64,000 nucleotides of DNA, from assembly GCF_963506605.1 (NCBI RefSeq), contig NC_083282.1:21390001-21454000 (forward strand), written 5' to 3'. This document shows positions 60,976 through 64,000 of this stretch, piece by piece (positions within the stretch are counted from its first letter, which is position 1; the number at the start of each line of letters is the position of its first letter). Source of the stretch: Zootoca vivipara. Lineage: Eukaryota. The position numbers and the translations under genes were made by a program. The notes beneath the pieces are model-generated. The model did not search any database. It saw only the letters and a list, made by a program, of their open reading frames with translations, and was not told where the DNA came from.

Positions 60976-61650
60976 CTGAAGAGGTCCACCTCCGAGGGCC
61001 TTCTGGCACTTCCTTCACTGAGAAGTGAAGTTACAGGGAACCAGGCAGAGGGCATTCTCGGCAGTGGTGCTCTCCCTGTGGAATGCCCTCCCATCAGATG
61101 TCAAGGAGATAAAGAACTACACAAATTTTAGAAGACATCTGAAGGCAGCCCTGTATCAGGAAGTTTTTAATGTTTGATGTTATATTGATGTTATGTTTTT
61201 ATATGTATTGGAAGTCGCCCAGAGTGGCTGGCGCAACCCAGCCAGATGGGTGGGGTAAAGGTAAAGGGACCCCTGACCATTAGGTCCAGTCGTGACCGAC
61301 TCTGGGGTTGCAGCGCTCATCTCTTGTTATTGGCTGAGGGAGCCGGCGTACAGCTTCCAGGTCATGTGGCCAGCATGACAAAGCCGCTTCTGGTGAACCA
61401 GAGCACCACACGGAAACGCTGTTTACCTTCCCGCTTGGAGCAGTACCTATTTATCTACTTTCACTTTGACGTGCTTTCGAACTGCTAGGTTGGCAGGAGC
61501 TGGGACCGAGCAACGGGAGCTCACCCCGTCGCAGGGATTTGAACCACCAACCTTCTGATTGGCAAGCCCTAGGCTCTGTGGTTTAACTCACAGCGCCACC
61601 CGCGTCCCATGGGTGGGGTATAGATAATAATAATAAAACAACAACACCAA
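60976..61650 (+). mobile_element. L2 3' fragment split by a Sauria SINE
   Basis: Closely matches 44705-45000 (gaggtccacctccgagggccttctgg...gaagtgaagttacagggaaccaggcagaggg). Its AAT/AAC tail resumes after 61620. Confidence 0.87.
61258..61608 (-). mobile_element. Sauria SINE, full length
   Basis: Complete head (gggacgcgggtggcgctg on the minus strand), perfect 12-bp TSD atgggtggggta (61246-61257 / 61609-61620). Confidence 0.95.
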
Positions 61651-63740
61651 CAATGACCTCAATACACATGCTTGGCATGAGAACAAATGTTCTGTCTAGG
61701 TAAGTGACTCAGTAACGGTTGGTGGAGTAGCATGGGGCAGGAATGTTCTGCTTACTTGGCTTCCAATACCAAGGTTGTTGCTGGTTACTAAAATGGAGAG
61801 GGACGAGGTGGTGGGGACGTCTGCATGGTGTAGGCAGATTGGTGGAGTCAACCAAGGCTCCCATTTATTTATTCATTCAATCAGTCTCTCATTTTATTAG
61901 TAGGCTGCTTTTACACACACACAAAAATATCATTCTCAAAGTGACTTACAGCAAAGAAAAAGGAATGCATTTAAAACAAACACTACTAAACACTTTCATA
62001 ATAACATAGCAAAACTTCCTATTATGGCAAAGCAGTAACAGTTTCACAACATAGCAAAACATATAACAGCATACCATAAAACCACATTCCAATACTATAA
62101 ATATAACAAGATTACCAATACCAAGGGAGCTTCACAGCTTCACCTTCACCCCAGAAACACCTGTCACGTGTTGCTCACAGTCCCCCTCCTGCAGCAGTTT
62201 CCTACAAGGCAATGGCTGGGGTAGCTGGAACCCCCCGCCCATGATGTCCCACCACTGTGTCCCCACTCTGTTGACCTCCTAACCTCCTTGCCTCTCCCCT
62301 TCTTGGTAGTAGATGTTGTTGGATTCCCAATTCTTATCAATCTGCAGGATGGCTGATGGACAGCGATGATGGGAACTGGAGTCCCAACAATGTCTGTAGA
62401 GTCATAGGTTGCCCACGCCTGGAGCAGACACATCCATGGAAGATAAGTATCATCTAGTCACAAGACCTAAGCTGATTTTCTGTGCAGAGCAGCACTAAGT
62501 GGGCAAAGACTGACTGATGTCCTAGATGTTGGACTAATATGACAGATGATGGCTTGTGCACTCATGGAGGCATCTGTCTGCCTACCATTAGAGACAAAGC
62601 ACAGGACTGGAGCTTCCTTGGTCTGCTCTAGCAAAGTAATTCTTAGCTTGGGAGGCATACCCCCTCCCCACATCCTCCTGCAGCAGATTCTTTGAAAGAA
62701 ACAAATGTCCCCAAATAAAATAGGTCAAAACATTGCTGGTTTCTTGTGTATGTGTACATGATGCTGATAAATCTCATGCAAGGTTTATATTTCCTCTGGT
62801 GTTAAGCATTCAACATCTAGCATTTTGTTGCCAATGATAATACAGAGCGCGGCTATTGATATTCTGGCCATCTGTTCCTAGCATGAATTATTAAATGTGA
62901 AGTATGGGCACAGTTACGAATTTGTAGAACAAATTATCTGTAGTTTGGAAACTATATATTTTCTAGAGAACTTTGCCAGTATGGTTTCCTTCCTTCCTTC
63001 CTAGCTTATTTATGGTGCAGATTCTTTGAGCGGAAAGCTGCATCAAAAAGAAGCCGTCAGTTCATTATTTGCAGCTAGTCATGTTTGAATGGAGTTGTAA
63101 CATTCCCAGTGGTCTTTTGAGTATACAGGGGCTGCTAACTTGAGTGAGGATTAAAAATAAAAATAAACCAGCCACATTACCTGGGAAGAGTACAATGGGG
63201 TCCTGGTGAGTAGCCCCATTCATGTTTGTTTTGCAAACCTGTGGGAATTAGCTGGACTATTTACAGATTATAACAGTTGGTTGTTGAATGTTTTATTTTC
63301 ATTCCCAGTTGGTGCAATATGTTCAAAGCTGATGCTGATGGCTTGCCCATTTGATTTCACATATGGTCAACTATTTGGGCCCTCTAAGGCTTTCTTTTGT
63401 AGTCCATCTTCTTTATACCTATCATATATTTGGGGTTTTTGTTGTCTGCTGGGAGACAGCTATGAAACTCAGCAACTTGGCAGCTGTGGAGGGAAATGCA
63501 TAGGCCTGTTGTGAAAGATTCAGAGTTATTTGGGTCAAAGTGTCCCAGGAAGAGCATTTTCAATAAGCAGAGAATACAAACAAGTGCTCCACAGGTGAGA
63601 GAATAAAATCTGGCAGATGAAGCAATGGTTGAGTTCCCCCTCCCACCTCTTTGAACCTGTCCTTGGGTTATCCTGGGTTCTTTGGGCACAGCAGGTTACC
63701 TTCAAAGCAAACTTTTATTGTCTGGGGAATCATATAGCCT

Positions 63741-63910
63741 AGGAGAAGGGGACGACAGAGGACGAGATGGTTGGACAGTGTTCTCGAAGCTATGAACATG
63801 AGTTTGACCAAACTGCGGGAGGCAGTGCAAGACAGGAGTGCCTGGTGTGCTATGGTCCATGGGGTCACGAAGAGTCGGACACGACTAAACAACAACAACA
63901 ACAACAACAA
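63741..63910 (+). mobile_element. Bov-B LINE 3' fragment
   Basis: Near-identical to 52583-52747, (caa)n tail, 7-bp TSD atagcct (63734-63740 / 63911-63917). Confidence 0.93.
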
Positions 63911-64000
63911 ATAGCCTGGGAAAGAATCTTTATATGGCGTTTCTGCAGCACTCCATTAATGATGATAACCTCCCTGAGCTTACCTACATGCATTCAGAAA

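Noticed and set aside
1-64000. CRISPR array, operon, phage or other prokaryotic system
   Set aside because: The DNA is vertebrate, with no regularly spaced direct repeats and no dense long ORFs.

Overview
Eukaryotic, non-genic-looking DNA from a squamate reptile, most likely a lacertid lizard (inferred from Sauria/Squam1 and Squam3 SINEs, tRNA-head/CR1-tail SINEs, Bov-B, CR1, L2 and Penelope remnants, and many hAT and Tc1/mariner MITEs). I found no intact host protein-coding exon. The window reads as a large intron or gene desert with several repeat-free, enhancer-like islands. Highlights: (1) two minimal type I hammerhead-ribozyme motifs of the Penelope type, same strand, with predicted cleavage sites exactly 350 nt apart (14675 and 15025), each in its own ~100-bp insertion flanked by a target-site duplication (TSD); (2) a decayed, intronless SCOC retrocopy (~14750-15800) interrupted by the second hammerhead module and an L2 tail; (3) a near full-length copy of the ancient conserved repeat MER121 (12945-13369); (4) an old decayed palindrome at ~58520-58650; (5) an unexplained CpG-rich CCAAT/TATA/hairpin segment fused to a SINE (54698-54896). 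Family names come from recall of consensus sequences, not from database searches. There is one assembly gap (4172-4335).
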